From assembly GCA_963422735.1 (NCBI GenBank), contig OY730476.1:4064001-4128000 (forward strand): a stretch of DNA of 64,000 nucleotides, in the 5' to 3' direction. Source of the DNA: Candidatus Latescibacterota bacterium (GTDB lineage: Bacteria; Latescibacterota; UBA2968; UBA8231). The notes beneath the pieces were generated by a model. That model saw nothing but the letters and a program-made list of their open reading frames with translations. It searched no databases and was not told the DNA's origin. The position numbers were made by a program, and so were the translations under genes. Positions 37,963 to 46,950 of the stretch are shown one piece after another (the stretch's first letter is position 1; every line of letters begins with the position of its first letter).

Positions 37963-38805
37963 ATGATAATCGACTCGCATACCCACGCTTGGGAATACTG
38001 GCCCTACGAGCCGCCCGTGCCCGATCACAATAGCCGCGGCCGGGCCGAGCAACTGCTGTGGGAAATGGACCGCAACGGCGTCGATAAGGCCGTGCTGGTC
38101 TGCGCCCGCATCGAGCACAATCCCCACAACAACGACTATGTCGCCGAACAAGTCCGCGCCCATCCCAGCCGCTTGGTGCAATTCGCTGACGTGGATTGCT
38201 CGTGGTCGGCAGAATACCACACCCGAGGCGCGGCCGCACGGCTCAAAGTGGCCGCGGCGAAGTACCAGCTCAAGGGCTATACTCACTACGTAAAGAGCGA
38301 TACCGAGTGGTTCGCGTCCGCGGAGGGGCTCGCGTTTTTTAGTGCCACGGCCGATCTGAACCTGATCGCCAGTCTGGCCTTGGGGCCGCAGTGGCAGCCA
38401 GCGCTGCGCGAGCTGGCACTGCGCTTTCCGTCGGTTCCTTTTCTCTGCCACCACATGGCCGGGGCCAACGCGCGCGAGGAGGCGCCACACCACAATCTGC
38501 AGGAGATTCTGCGCTCGGCCGAGGTGCCCAATATCTATCTCAAGCTCTCGGGTTTTCACTACGCTTCGCACGTCTCGTGGGGTTACCCCTATTCGGATAC
38601 GCACCACATCGTGCGCCAGCTCTACGAACACTTTGGCCCCCAGCGACTGTGCTGGGGCTCGGACTATCCGGTGGTTCGATTCAACATGACCTACCAGCAC
38701 GCGCTCGAAGCATTTCGCACCCACTGCACGTTCATCCCAGACGAACACAAGCACCTTATATTGGGCCAGAACTTGGCCGGCCTGCTCGACCGAGCCGGCG
38801 CTTGA
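37963..38805 (+). CDS. amidohydrolase family 2 protein
   Basis: IIDSHTH, CHHMAG, YLKLSG, WGSDYP. Confidence 0.85.
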   Translation: MIIDSHTHAWEYWPYEPPVPDHNSRGRAEQLLWEMDRNGVDKAVLVCARIEHNPHNNDYVAEQVRAHPSRLVQFADVDCSWSAEYHTRGAAARLKVAAAKYQLKGYTHYVKSDTEWFASAEGLAFFSATADLNLIASLALGPQWQPALRELALRFPSVPFLCHHMAGANAREEAPHHNLQEILRSAEVPNIYLKLSGFHYASHVSWGYPYSDTHHIVRQLYEHFGPQRLCWGSDYPVVRFNMTYQHALEAFRTHCTFIPDEHKHLILGQNLAGLLDRAGA

Positions 38806-38817
38806 ACCCTCCCGCAG

Positions 38818-40224
38818 GTGATTATGCTACCGTCCGAATATTCCAAGCGCGCAGGCCGCACAATTCGCCGCTGCTTGCTCATAGGCTCGATTTTCGCCGG
38901 CTGTAGTTCCGACGATCCGGGGCCGGTCCAAACGGCCGAGCACGGGTCAGATTCGACTTGGGATATTATCCAAACGGAAATTCTTGCCGGCCAATGCGTT
39001 AGCTGCCACGCGGCCGGGTCCTCGTTTGGGCGTCAGTCGGGCCTCGTGCTCACTCCGGATGTGGCCTACGAACAGCTCGTGGGTGCCGCTCCGACAAACG
39101 CGGCCGCCGCGGCCGACGGGCTGGTGCGAGTCAGCGACCTCGGACAGGGCATGCCCGGCCTCCTCAAAAGCTATTTGTGGGAGAAGACCAACGCTCCCGA
39201 TCAGCAGCATTTCTACGGCGACCATCCCTACTACGGGGAGCTAATGCCCTTTGGAGGCGAGCCGCTGACCAATGGCGAATTGGCTTTTATCCGCACTTGG
39301 ATCGAGGCTGGCGCACCAGAGACAGGCCACGTGGCCGATCCAGCCCTCTTGGAGGACGAGTCTCGCTACGAGGTGCCGGAGTTCAAGCCGCTAGCCGAGC
39401 CGGAAAACGGCGTCCAACTGCACTTGCCGCCTTTTGAGATACAGCCCAACTCCGAGCGCGAAATTTTTGTAGTGCATCCGCTGAACAACGAAGACGATGT
39501 ATTCCTAGAGCGCATCCAGATTTCCATGAAGTCCGGCTCGCACCACTTCCTGCTCTATACATTCCAAGACGACATACCCCCCGCAGGTGTGCCAGAACCC
39601 TACGAATATCGCGAATTGCACGACGGCACCGGCCAATACGTCCTTGAAACCTTACTCACGCAATTTTACCACCTGCCAATCGCCGGCAGCCAATGGCCTT
39701 TCTTCGATTTTTCCCTGCCGCCCGGAGTGGTGATGCGGCTGCCCAAGAACACCCTGCTCGACCTCAACTCGCACTATGTCAATCGCACCAGTCAGCCCGT
39801 TACCGGCGAGGTCTATGCCAACTTGCACTTTGCCGACCCATCTGAAGTAGAGCACGAGGCACATCTTCTTTCTTTAAATAATTTCTCGATTTCTCTGCCG
39901 GCCGAGAAGGTGACGACTCTAGAGAAGGATTTTACTTTCTCCGAGCGCACCCACATTGTGCAGCTACTCTCGCATGCCCATCAGCTCATGGTGGAATTCC
40001 GGGTCGAAATGATCGGGGGAGCGCACGATGGCGAGCTCATCTACGTCGCTTACGATTGGGAACACCCGCCGATCCTGAAATTCGACCCCCCTCTCGTCCT
40101 AGAGCGAGGAGAGGGCTTCAAGTTAGAGGCGACCTACGACAACTGGACCGATCAAGAGATCAACTTTGGTTTACTGTCAACAGACGAGATGATGATTCTC
40201 TTTGGGATTTACTACGAAGATTAA
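38818..40224 (+). CDS. lipoprotein: cytochrome c + copper type II (PHM/DBH-like) monooxygenase
   Basis: Lipobox FAGC; CVSCH...LMPFG...IRTWIEAGA; SHHF, LNSHY, SHAH, DEMM. Confidence 0.75.
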   Translation: MIMLPSEYSKRAGRTIRRCLLIGSIFAGCSSDDPGPVQTAEHGSDSTWDIIQTEILAGQCVSCHAAGSSFGRQSGLVLTPDVAYEQLVGAAPTNAAAAADGLVRVSDLGQGMPGLLKSYLWEKTNAPDQQHFYGDHPYYGELMPFGGEPLTNGELAFIRTWIEAGAPETGHVADPALLEDESRYEVPEFKPLAEPENGVQLHLPPFEIQPNSEREIFVVHPLNNEDDVFLERIQISMKSGSHHFLLYTFQDDIPPAGVPEPYEYRELHDGTGQYVLETLLTQFYHLPIAGSQWPFFDFSLPPGVVMRLPKNTLLDLNSHYVNRTSQPVTGEVYANLHFADPSEVEHEAHLLSLNNFSISLPAEKVTTLEKDFTFSERTHIVQLLSHAHQLMVEFRVEMIGGAHDGELIYVAYDWEHPPILKFDPPLVLERGEGFKLEATYDNWTDQEINFGLLSTDEMMILFGIYYED

Positions 40225-40271
40225 CTTATCTTGTAAACGAAAAAGCCACGACACCCCAATTTTACACGCGG

Positions 40272-40925
40272 TTAATACATGTGCGGCTGTACGGCGAGGG
40301 CGAGCGACGCTTCAATGTCCCAGATGGCTTTTGTCACTTCTTGGCCAATCAAGTCCAGCCTACGCACCTGTTTGATGCGGCCGGTCGCACGGGCTAGCTC
40401 GCGGCTGGCCAAGAGCTTTTCGAAAATTCCGCAGGCGTCCGCCAGGCAGATAATGACCACATCGCGAGGGTCGGGGATCTGATCGCTGAACAGCACCTCC
40501 ATGATGCGCAGCTTGACCTCTTTCTCGGCCTTGCCATCGACGACCGGATAGCGCCGCGAGCGAAACACCCATAGGAAGCGCTCGTCCTCGCGTGCGAGAA
40601 TGCCTTTCTGCACCAGCCGGCGGAGCGCACCCTCTCGCATGTCGTTGGCGCGCCCGGCAGTGCGCTCCAGCCAATAACGGGTGTCGTTCGTCTCAGTCGC
40701 TGCGGCAATGTCGCTCAGCGTCGGGTCGATCAGGCTATCTTGCAAGGGGGTGCTATCGACGAGAGTCAGCTTGTTCAGGTCGGTATCTATGCGGTCTTCC
40801 AGCGCCAGTTCCATCAGGACCCCGCCGCCCAAGGCGTACCGCACCAACCGGTCGGGTACTCGGGCGAAGCTCCCATCTTCATCATCGAGCAAAAGAAGCA
40901 TGATTTCTTCGGCAAATCTCAGCAT
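40272..40925 (-). CDS. GPP34/GOLPH3/Vps74-family protein
   Basis: FAEEIMLLLLDDEDG, GGVLMELALEDRI, LVQKGIL, SRRYP. Confidence 0.75.
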   Translation of the reverse strand: MLRFAEEIMLLLLDDEDGSFARVPDRLVRYALGGGVLMELALEDRIDTDLNKLTLVDSTPLQDSLIDPTLSDIAAATETNDTRYWLERTAGRANDMREGALRRLVQKGILAREDERFLWVFRSRRYPVVDGKAEKEVKLRIMEVLFSDQIPDPRDVVIICLADACGIFEKLLASRELARATGRIKQVRRLDLIGQEVTKAIWDIEASLALAVQPHMY

Positions 40926-41009
40926 GGATTACCTTGTTTAATAGTTTCGGCGTCGGCGTCTGACGAAAAATATAGACCGCTAGTGCGCCAAGCAAGCTGC
41001 CGACCGCGC

Positions 41010-41822
41010 TCAGTTCTCGGGAGCTTGGCCCCCGCGGCAGCGCAGCCATTCTACCGTAACCAGAATCAAAACGGCAAACGCGATGAGAAAGGTGGCTACC
41101 GCTAGGATGGTGGGGCTGATTTGCTCGCGGATGCCCGCCCACATCTGCCGCGGGATAGTCCGCTGCTCTAGGCCGCCCATGAATAGGACCACCACGACCT
41201 CGTCGAAGGAAGCGGCAAACGCGAACAACCCTCCCGACGCAACCCCGGGTGCGATGAGGGGCAACTGTACGCGCCAAAAGCTGCGCAGCGGACCCGCGCC
41301 CAAGCTGGCGGCGGCCCGCATCAAGTTTTGGTCGAAGCCCGACAACGTGGCGGTTACGGTAATCACCACAAACGGCACCCCGAGCACGGCATGGGCGAGG
41401 ATTATGCCAAGGTGGGTCCGAGCTAATCCGAGGCTGGAGTAAAAGAAGAACATTCCCACTGCGGTGATGATGACCGGCGCGATCAGCGGCGCGATCAACA
41501 GCCCCATCACAGCCCTCCGAGCGGGCATGGCCGAATTCGCCAGCCCGAGGGCCGCTAGGGTGCCGAGCGAGGTCGCGAGCAGGGTTGCTAAGATGCCGAT
41601 GACTAAGCTGTTGACCAAGGCGCGGGTCCATGCGTCGTCTTCGATGATGCTGCGGTACCAACGCAGTGAATACGCTTCTGGGTCGAGGAGCAGCATGCCC
41701 TCGGTGAACGTGAAATACGGCTCCGCGTTGAAGCTGAGTGGCACGATCACCAATATCGGCGCAACCAAGAAGACAAACGCCGCCGTGCAGAACGCGAGAT
41801 AGGCCCACCGCGCGAACGTCAA
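41010..41822 (-). CDS. ABC transporter permease (PotC-like)
   Basis: SLRWY, AAASLGAG, ASFDEVVV, TIPRQMW; TTG 41822 overlaps the upstream TGA. Confidence 0.85.
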   Translation of the reverse strand: MTFARWAYLAFCTAAFVFLVAPILVIVPLSFNAEPYFTFTEGMLLLDPEAYSLRWYRSIIEDDAWTRALVNSLVIGILATLLATSLGTLAALGLANSAMPARRAVMGLLIAPLIAPVIITAVGMFFFYSSLGLARTHLGIILAHAVLGVPFVVITVTATLSGFDQNLMRAAASLGAGPLRSFWRVQLPLIAPGVASGGLFAFAASFDEVVVVLFMGGLEQRTIPRQMWAGIREQISPTILAVATFLIAFAVLILVTVEWLRCRGGQAPEN

Positions 41823-43042
41823 CTCAGCCTCATGCGATCGATGCCCACCACGCGGTCGTAGAGCACGTACAGCGCGATGACGCCCACTAGCAGGATAACG
41901 GAGAGCGCAGCGGCGAGTCCCCAGTTGAGCGAGGTCTGAATGTGATAGGCGATCATGTTGGAGATGAACTGTCCCTTGCTCCCACCAACCAGTGCCGGCG
42001 TGATGTAGTAGCCAATGGCGAGGATGAACACCATCAGCAATCCAGCGCCAACACCAGGCAAGGTCTGCGGCCAATAGACTCGCCAAAACGCCTGAAAGGG
42101 GGTCGCGCCGAGGGAGGCCGCAGCCTGTAGGTGCGAAGGCGGAATCGAACGCATTACCGAGTACAGCGGCAGCACCATAAAGGGAAGCAGCACGTGGGTC
42201 ATCGCCACAAACGTGCCGGTCATATTGTATATCATGGCGATGCGGCCGTCGTCTGCGACTAGTCCGACTGCCACCAGCAAGTTGTTGATTACACCCTGGG
42301 TCTGGAGCAGCACGATCCAAGCCGTCGTCCGCACCAGCAGGGACATCCAAAACGGCACCAACACCAGCAACAACAGCAGGTTGGCGCGGCGCGGTGGCGC
42401 GGCGGCGATCAGGTGGGCAATCGGGTAGCCAATGGCCAAGCACAGCGCGGAAATGCCAGCACTAACGGACAGCGTGCGCCACAAAAGTGGCAGGTAGATA
42501 CGGTGTTCTTCTGGCTGCCGGGCGATGCGGCCATCGGGTTGGTGCACCAAATCGAGCGCATTGATATAGTGGCGGAACGTGAATCGCTCCCCAGTGCTGC
42601 GAATCGCCAGCCACACATCCGGCTCGCCCCAAGCGGCGTCGATGCCGGTCATGGCCGAGCGCCAAGAGTTGCCACTGGCGTTGCGCAGCTTGCGCGCACT
42701 GCGCGTGACGACGCTGCGCAAGCCGCTCTTGATGCGGTTGACGCGCGTGGCGATTTGGCCGAGGGTGCGCTCTTCCCGCGCCCGCAACAACTCGCGTGCG
42801 GCCGCGGCATACACCGGCTCTTCCAAGGCGCTGGCCCCGTCCCATTCGCGCAATAGGGAGAGCGTTTCCGGCAACGCATCTGCGACTAGGGGGTCGTACG
42901 CGCTGCGCACGAGCAACGTACCGAGCGGCGCGACAAACGTCGCCAAGACAAGAGCAATCAGCGGCAGGGTCAGCCCGGCCGCTCGCCGCCGCTGACGCGC
43001 CTGTGCATCTGCACCCGTTTGTGATTTTATTCGGTCAACCAC
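41819..43042 (-). CDS. ABC transporter permease (PotB-like)
   Basis: PFWMSLLVRTTAW, LPFMVLPLY, AAASLGA, YYITPALVGG. Confidence 0.85.
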   Translation of the reverse strand: MVDRIKSQTGADAQARQRRRAAGLTLPLIALVLATFVAPLGTLLVRSAYDPLVADALPETLSLLREWDGASALEEPVYAAAARELLRAREERTLGQIATRVNRIKSGLRSVVTRSARKLRNASGNSWRSAMTGIDAAWGEPDVWLAIRSTGERFTFRHYINALDLVHQPDGRIARQPEEHRIYLPLLWRTLSVSAGISALCLAIGYPIAHLIAAAPPRRANLLLLLVLVPFWMSLLVRTTAWIVLLQTQGVINNLLVAVGLVADDGRIAMIYNMTGTFVAMTHVLLPFMVLPLYSVMRSIPPSHLQAAASLGATPFQAFWRVYWPQTLPGVGAGLLMVFILAIGYYITPALVGGSKGQFISNMIAYHIQTSLNWGLAAALSVILLVGVIALYVLYDRVVGIDRMRLS

Positions 43043-43045
43043 TTG

Positions 43046-44179
43046 CTAACGAGTCCCCTCGTCGTCCGCAGCATCGGGTTGCAACGCGCGACAGTCCAGC
43101 AAGGTCCAGCCAACGCGGATACGATCTCCCTCCAGCACAGTTCCGTGGCCCACGAGGTTGGGAATTTTGACGATGAAGTCCGAGTACCCGAACAGCTTTA
43201 GGCGCAGGCGCAAGTGGTCGCCGAGAAACGTTATGTCCTCAATATCGGCGTCAAACTCGTTGGCGTACGAATGCCCGCCTTCACCCGGCGAGATCTGCAC
43301 TCGCTCCGGGCGGATGACGACCGTCGCCGCAGTCCCTGGCGGACATTGCCCCAAGCTCACAGCCTTGATGAGCGCATCGCCGACCTCCACTTCGCACACG
43401 CCGTCGCCGACTGTGCGCACCACGCCGTTTAGGCGGTTGTTCTCGCCGATGAAATGGGCCACGAAAGCGCGCTCCGGCTCTTCGTAGAGGACCTCCGGGG
43501 ATGCAATCTGCTCGATTGCACCGTCGCGAAAGACGGCGACCCGATCCGAGATGACCATGGCCTCCTGCTGATCGTGCGTGACATAGACGACGGTTATGCC
43601 CAAGGTGCGCTGAATGCGGCGGATTTCGTATTGCATTTCCTCGCGCAGGCGTCGGTCGAGCGCGCCGAGCGGCTCGTCCATCAACACGAGTTCCGGGTCG
43701 AAGACCAAAGCGCGGGCGATCGCAACGCGCTGTTGCTGGCCACCGGATAGCTGCCCAGGGCGACGATCCTCCAAGCTTTCGAGGCGCACGAGGCGCAGGA
43801 TGCGGGCCACCCGCTCTCGCCGCTCGCTTGGGTCGATGTCGCGCACTTCGAGCGGAAACGCCAAGTTGCCACCAACCGTCATGTGTGGAAAGAGCGCGTA
43901 GTTTTGAAACACGACACCGATTTCGCGCTTGTGAGGGGGCAAATCGCCGACCGGTACGCCATTGATGTGGATGGCACCAGACGCTGGGGTCTCAAACCCA
44001 GCGAGCATCATCAAGCAGGTCGTCTTGCCGGAGCCAGACGGCCCGAGCATGGTGAGGAATTCGCCCTTGTGTACGGCGAGGTTGATGTCGCGCACGACCC
44101 AGTTGCGGCCGTCGTAGCTTTTGCTGACGCCGGTGAATTCGACGTGGGGGGTGTTCGCGTGGCTAGCGTCTGCGCTCAC
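43046..44179 (-). CDS. ABC transporter ATP-binding protein (PotA-like)
   Basis: GPSGSGKT, VFQNYALFPHM, LSGGQQQR, DEPLGALD, TOBE tail. Confidence 0.9.
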   Translation of the reverse strand: MSADASHANTPHVEFTGVSKSYDGRNWVVRDINLAVHKGEFLTMLGPSGSGKTTCLMMLAGFETPASGAIHINGVPVGDLPPHKREIGVVFQNYALFPHMTVGGNLAFPLEVRDIDPSERRERVARILRLVRLESLEDRRPGQLSGGQQQRVAIARALVFDPELVLMDEPLGALDRRLREEMQYEIRRIQRTLGITVVYVTHDQQEAMVISDRVAVFRDGAIEQIASPEVLYEEPERAFVAHFIGENNRLNGVVRTVGDGVCEVEVGDALIKAVSLGQCPPGTAATVVIRPERVQISPGEGGHSYANEFDADIEDITFLGDHLRLRLKLFGYSDFIVKIPNLVGHGTVLEGDRIRVGWTLLDCRALQPDAADDEGTR

Positions 44180-44182
44180 CGC

Positions 44183-45817
44183 TTACCAACCGAGGGCATA
44201 GCCGTCGCGGCGCGGATCGGCCCCGCCCATAAAGGATCCCGTGTCGGCATCGACCATGATGCCTTGGCCGCCGCCGACGCCAGCCGACCAGTCGCCGAGG
44301 AAATTGAACTGGTGGCCGCGGCGCTCCAGCTTGGCAAAAACCTCGAGGTCAATGCGGTTTTCAGCATTGACGACAAAGCCGGGGGTCCCGGTTTTGACGC
44401 GGGGGGCCTCAATGGCGGCTTGGACGTTCATCTGGTGATCGAGGATGTTCATAATCATCTGCGGAGTAGTCTGGAGGATGCCATAGCTCCCTGGAGTGCC
44501 GATGAGCAGGCGCAGGCCGTCGGCGTCCCAAACTTGGGCCGGCGAGACGCACATCTCGTTTTTCTTGGCCGGGCCAATGACATTGGGGCTGGTAGGCTCG
44601 CGGTCGAACCAGCGCATAAAGTTGTTGAGTGCAATGCCTGTCTCCGGCACGACCATGGACGAGCCAAAGCCGCCGCCCAAGCTCTGGGTGCAAGCGACGG
44701 CGTTGCCATCGGCGTCGATGGTGTCGAAGTGGGTCGTGCATTCGCTCATCCACGCACGCGGGTCGCCTGCTTTGACATCCCCGACCGGGCCGCCAGGTAT
44801 GAGGTTCTCGCCTGCCGTAAACTGGGCCTTGTCGCCGATGAGCGCGCGCCGCTCGGCTGCGTATTCCTTCGAGAGCAGGCCCGCTGTCGGTGGGTTGTCG
44901 ATGGCCGCGTAGGCAATGCGGTCGGCCATGGCCAGCTTGGTAGTCTCGATAAAGCGGTGCAAGGTCGAGGCGGTATTGTGGCCGAGGCCTGCCACGTCAA
45001 AACCCTCCATGATGGCCAGCGTCTCTAAGTACTGGACGGCTTGGCAGGGCGGCGGCGGCGCAAAGACCTCATAGCCGCGGTAGTCGATGGAGATCGGATC
45101 GGCAAATGCCGGGGCAAAGTCGGCGAGGTCTTCTTTTGTAATCAGGCCGCCGGTCTCCTCCATATAGCGGACAATGCGGTCGGCAATCGCGCCCTTGTAA
45201 AAGGCATCTGTGCCCTCGGCAGCGACTTGGCGGAAGGTCTCGGCGAGGGCCTTTTGCACCACTACTTCCCCAGGCTCAGGGGGTGCGCCGTCGAGTAGGT
45301 AGGTATTGGCACCAGTCTTGAAGCGGCGCAGGCTCGCGGCCGCACCCGCGTAGAAATAGGCATTCTTGACCGTGAGGGCGTAGCCTTGCTCGGCGTACTC
45401 AACGGCCGGAGCAAAGACGCGGGCGGCGTCCATCGAGCCGTAGCGCTCCAGCGCGGCTAGCCAGCCACCGCAAGCCCCAGGCACCGCCGGCGAGAGGGGG
45501 CCGAGCCCCTGTTTGTCCTTGCTGTCGTACAGGCTCAGGGTGGCCGCCCGTGGGGTGAGGCCGACGTAGTCAATGATCTTGTGCTCTTTCTCGCGGGTGC
45601 TGTAGATGTGCAGATAGCCAACGCCGCCAATGCCCGACATATACGGCTCAACCACGTTGAGCGCAGCGGCCGTGGCAATAGCCGCATCAATGGCATTGCC
45701 GCCTTCCATCAAGATGCGCATACCAGCGAGAGAAGCGAGAGGATGAGCCGAGGCGATCATGCCGCGGCGGCCCGTGGCGGTGCTGCGGTGCGTGGTGCCT
45801 TTGGAAGAAAAGGCCAT
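44183..45817 (-). CDS. ggt: gamma-glutamyltransferase family protein (no signal peptide)
   Basis: GGNAIDAAIA, EPYMSGIGG, nucleophile CTTHF, GIALNN, GTPG, GGADPRRDG. Confidence 0.85.
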   Translation of the reverse strand: MAFSSKGTTHRSTATGRRGMIASAHPLASLAGMRILMEGGNAIDAAIATAAALNVVEPYMSGIGGVGYLHIYSTREKEHKIIDYVGLTPRAATLSLYDSKDKQGLGPLSPAVPGACGGWLAALERYGSMDAARVFAPAVEYAEQGYALTVKNAYFYAGAAASLRRFKTGANTYLLDGAPPEPGEVVVQKALAETFRQVAAEGTDAFYKGAIADRIVRYMEETGGLITKEDLADFAPAFADPISIDYRGYEVFAPPPPCQAVQYLETLAIMEGFDVAGLGHNTASTLHRFIETTKLAMADRIAYAAIDNPPTAGLLSKEYAAERRALIGDKAQFTAGENLIPGGPVGDVKAGDPRAWMSECTTHFDTIDADGNAVACTQSLGGGFGSSMVVPETGIALNNFMRWFDREPTSPNVIGPAKKNEMCVSPAQVWDADGLRLLIGTPGSYGILQTTPQMIMNILDHQMNVQAAIEAPRVKTGTPGFVVNAENRIDLEVFAKLERRGHQFNFLGDWSAGVGGGQGIMVDADTGSFMGGADPRRDGYALGW

Positions 45818-45904
45818 TGGACGCAACTCCTTGCGATTTGTAAATTTTGCGACCGCCTAAAATAAGGCGAGTACATTACAGCGTCAATCGAGGAGCCTAC
45901 TTAT

Positions 45905-46942
45905 ATGAGCGACAAGACAATAGACCTGCGCAGCGACACGATCACCCTGCCGACTGAGGCCATGCAAGAGGCCATGGCCTGTGCTCCGTTGGGCGACGAT
46001 GTGTACGGCGAAGACCCAACGGTCAACCGCCTGCAAGAATTGGCCGCCGAAAAGGCAGGCATGGAAGCCGCGCTCTACGTGCCTTCGGGCACGATGGGCA
46101 ATGCCTGCGCCTTGATGACCCACACCAACTGGGGAGACGAGGTGCTCTTTGAGGAGCAGGCGCACATGTATTACTGGGAGGCCGGAACCTACGCCTCGCT
46201 CGCTGGGTTGGCCGTACGCACCGTTGCTGGCGAGCACGGCGTCATCACCGCCGATCAAGTACGCGAGGCAGTCCGCGCCGACAACCCGCACTTTGCCCCG
46301 CTCAGGGTCGTCTGCATCGAGAACACCCACAACAACCACGCCGGCCACGCTTGGTCGGTCGCCGAGGTAGCTGCGGTGGGTGCCGCATGCCGCGAACACG
46401 GGCTGAAACTGCACGTGGACGGAGCGCGCATTTTTAACGCCGCCATAGCCGCCGGGGCGAAGGTCCCAGAATACACTCAGCACGTCGACTCCGTGATGTT
46501 CTGCATCTCCAAGGGACTGAGCGCGCCGGTCGGCTCGCTGCTGTGCGGGAGCAGGAACTTTGTCGAGCGGGCCTATCGGATGCGCAAGCGGCTCGGCGGT
46601 GCCATGCGCCAAGCCGGAGTAGTGGCCGCGGCCGGAGTAGTGGCCCTAGAGCAGATGATAGATCGGCTGGCCGAGGATCACGCAGTGGCGCGGGAACTGG
46701 CCGCCGGGCTGGGAGCGATGGAGGGCGTTGAGGTGATTTTTCCGCCGCGACCGACCAACATACTCAAGGTGGATTTTGCGGCCTTGGGGTGGCCGGCTGC
46801 CGATCTAGTGGCCAAGTGGAAGGCGCGGGGCGTGTTGTGCAATCCGCGTCCGCCACACGGGGCGCGGCTGGTGGCGAATCGGCACGTGGGGCTAGAGGAC
46901 GTCAATTGCGTGGTGGAGGCGACCCGGGAAATGATCGGGTAG
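45905..46942 (+). CDS. ltaE: low-specificity L-threonine aldolase
   Basis: [49 protein letters not shown]. Confidence 0.9.
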   Translation: MSDKTIDLRSDTITLPTEAMQEAMACAPLGDDVYGEDPTVNRLQELAAEKAGMEAALYVPSGTMGNACALMTHTNWGDEVLFEEQAHMYYWEAGTYASLAGLAVRTVAGEHGVITADQVREAVRADNPHFAPLRVVCIENTHNNHAGHAWSVAEVAAVGAACREHGLKLHVDGARIFNAAIAAGAKVPEYTQHVDSVMFCISKGLSAPVGSLLCGSRNFVERAYRMRKRLGGAMRQAGVVAAAGVVALEQMIDRLAEDHAVARELAAGLGAMEGVEVIFPPRPTNILKVDFAALGWPAADLVAKWKARGVLCNPRPPHGARLVANRHVGLEDVNCVVEATREMIG

Positions 46943-46950
46943 GGGGGTAG

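Noticed and set aside
37786-38754. 322-aa antisense ORF and other long shadow ORFs (e.g. 43883-45028, 40882-41808, 55479-56366)
   Set aside because: They overlap well-supported genes and show no motifs; such ORFs are expected in GC-rich DNA.
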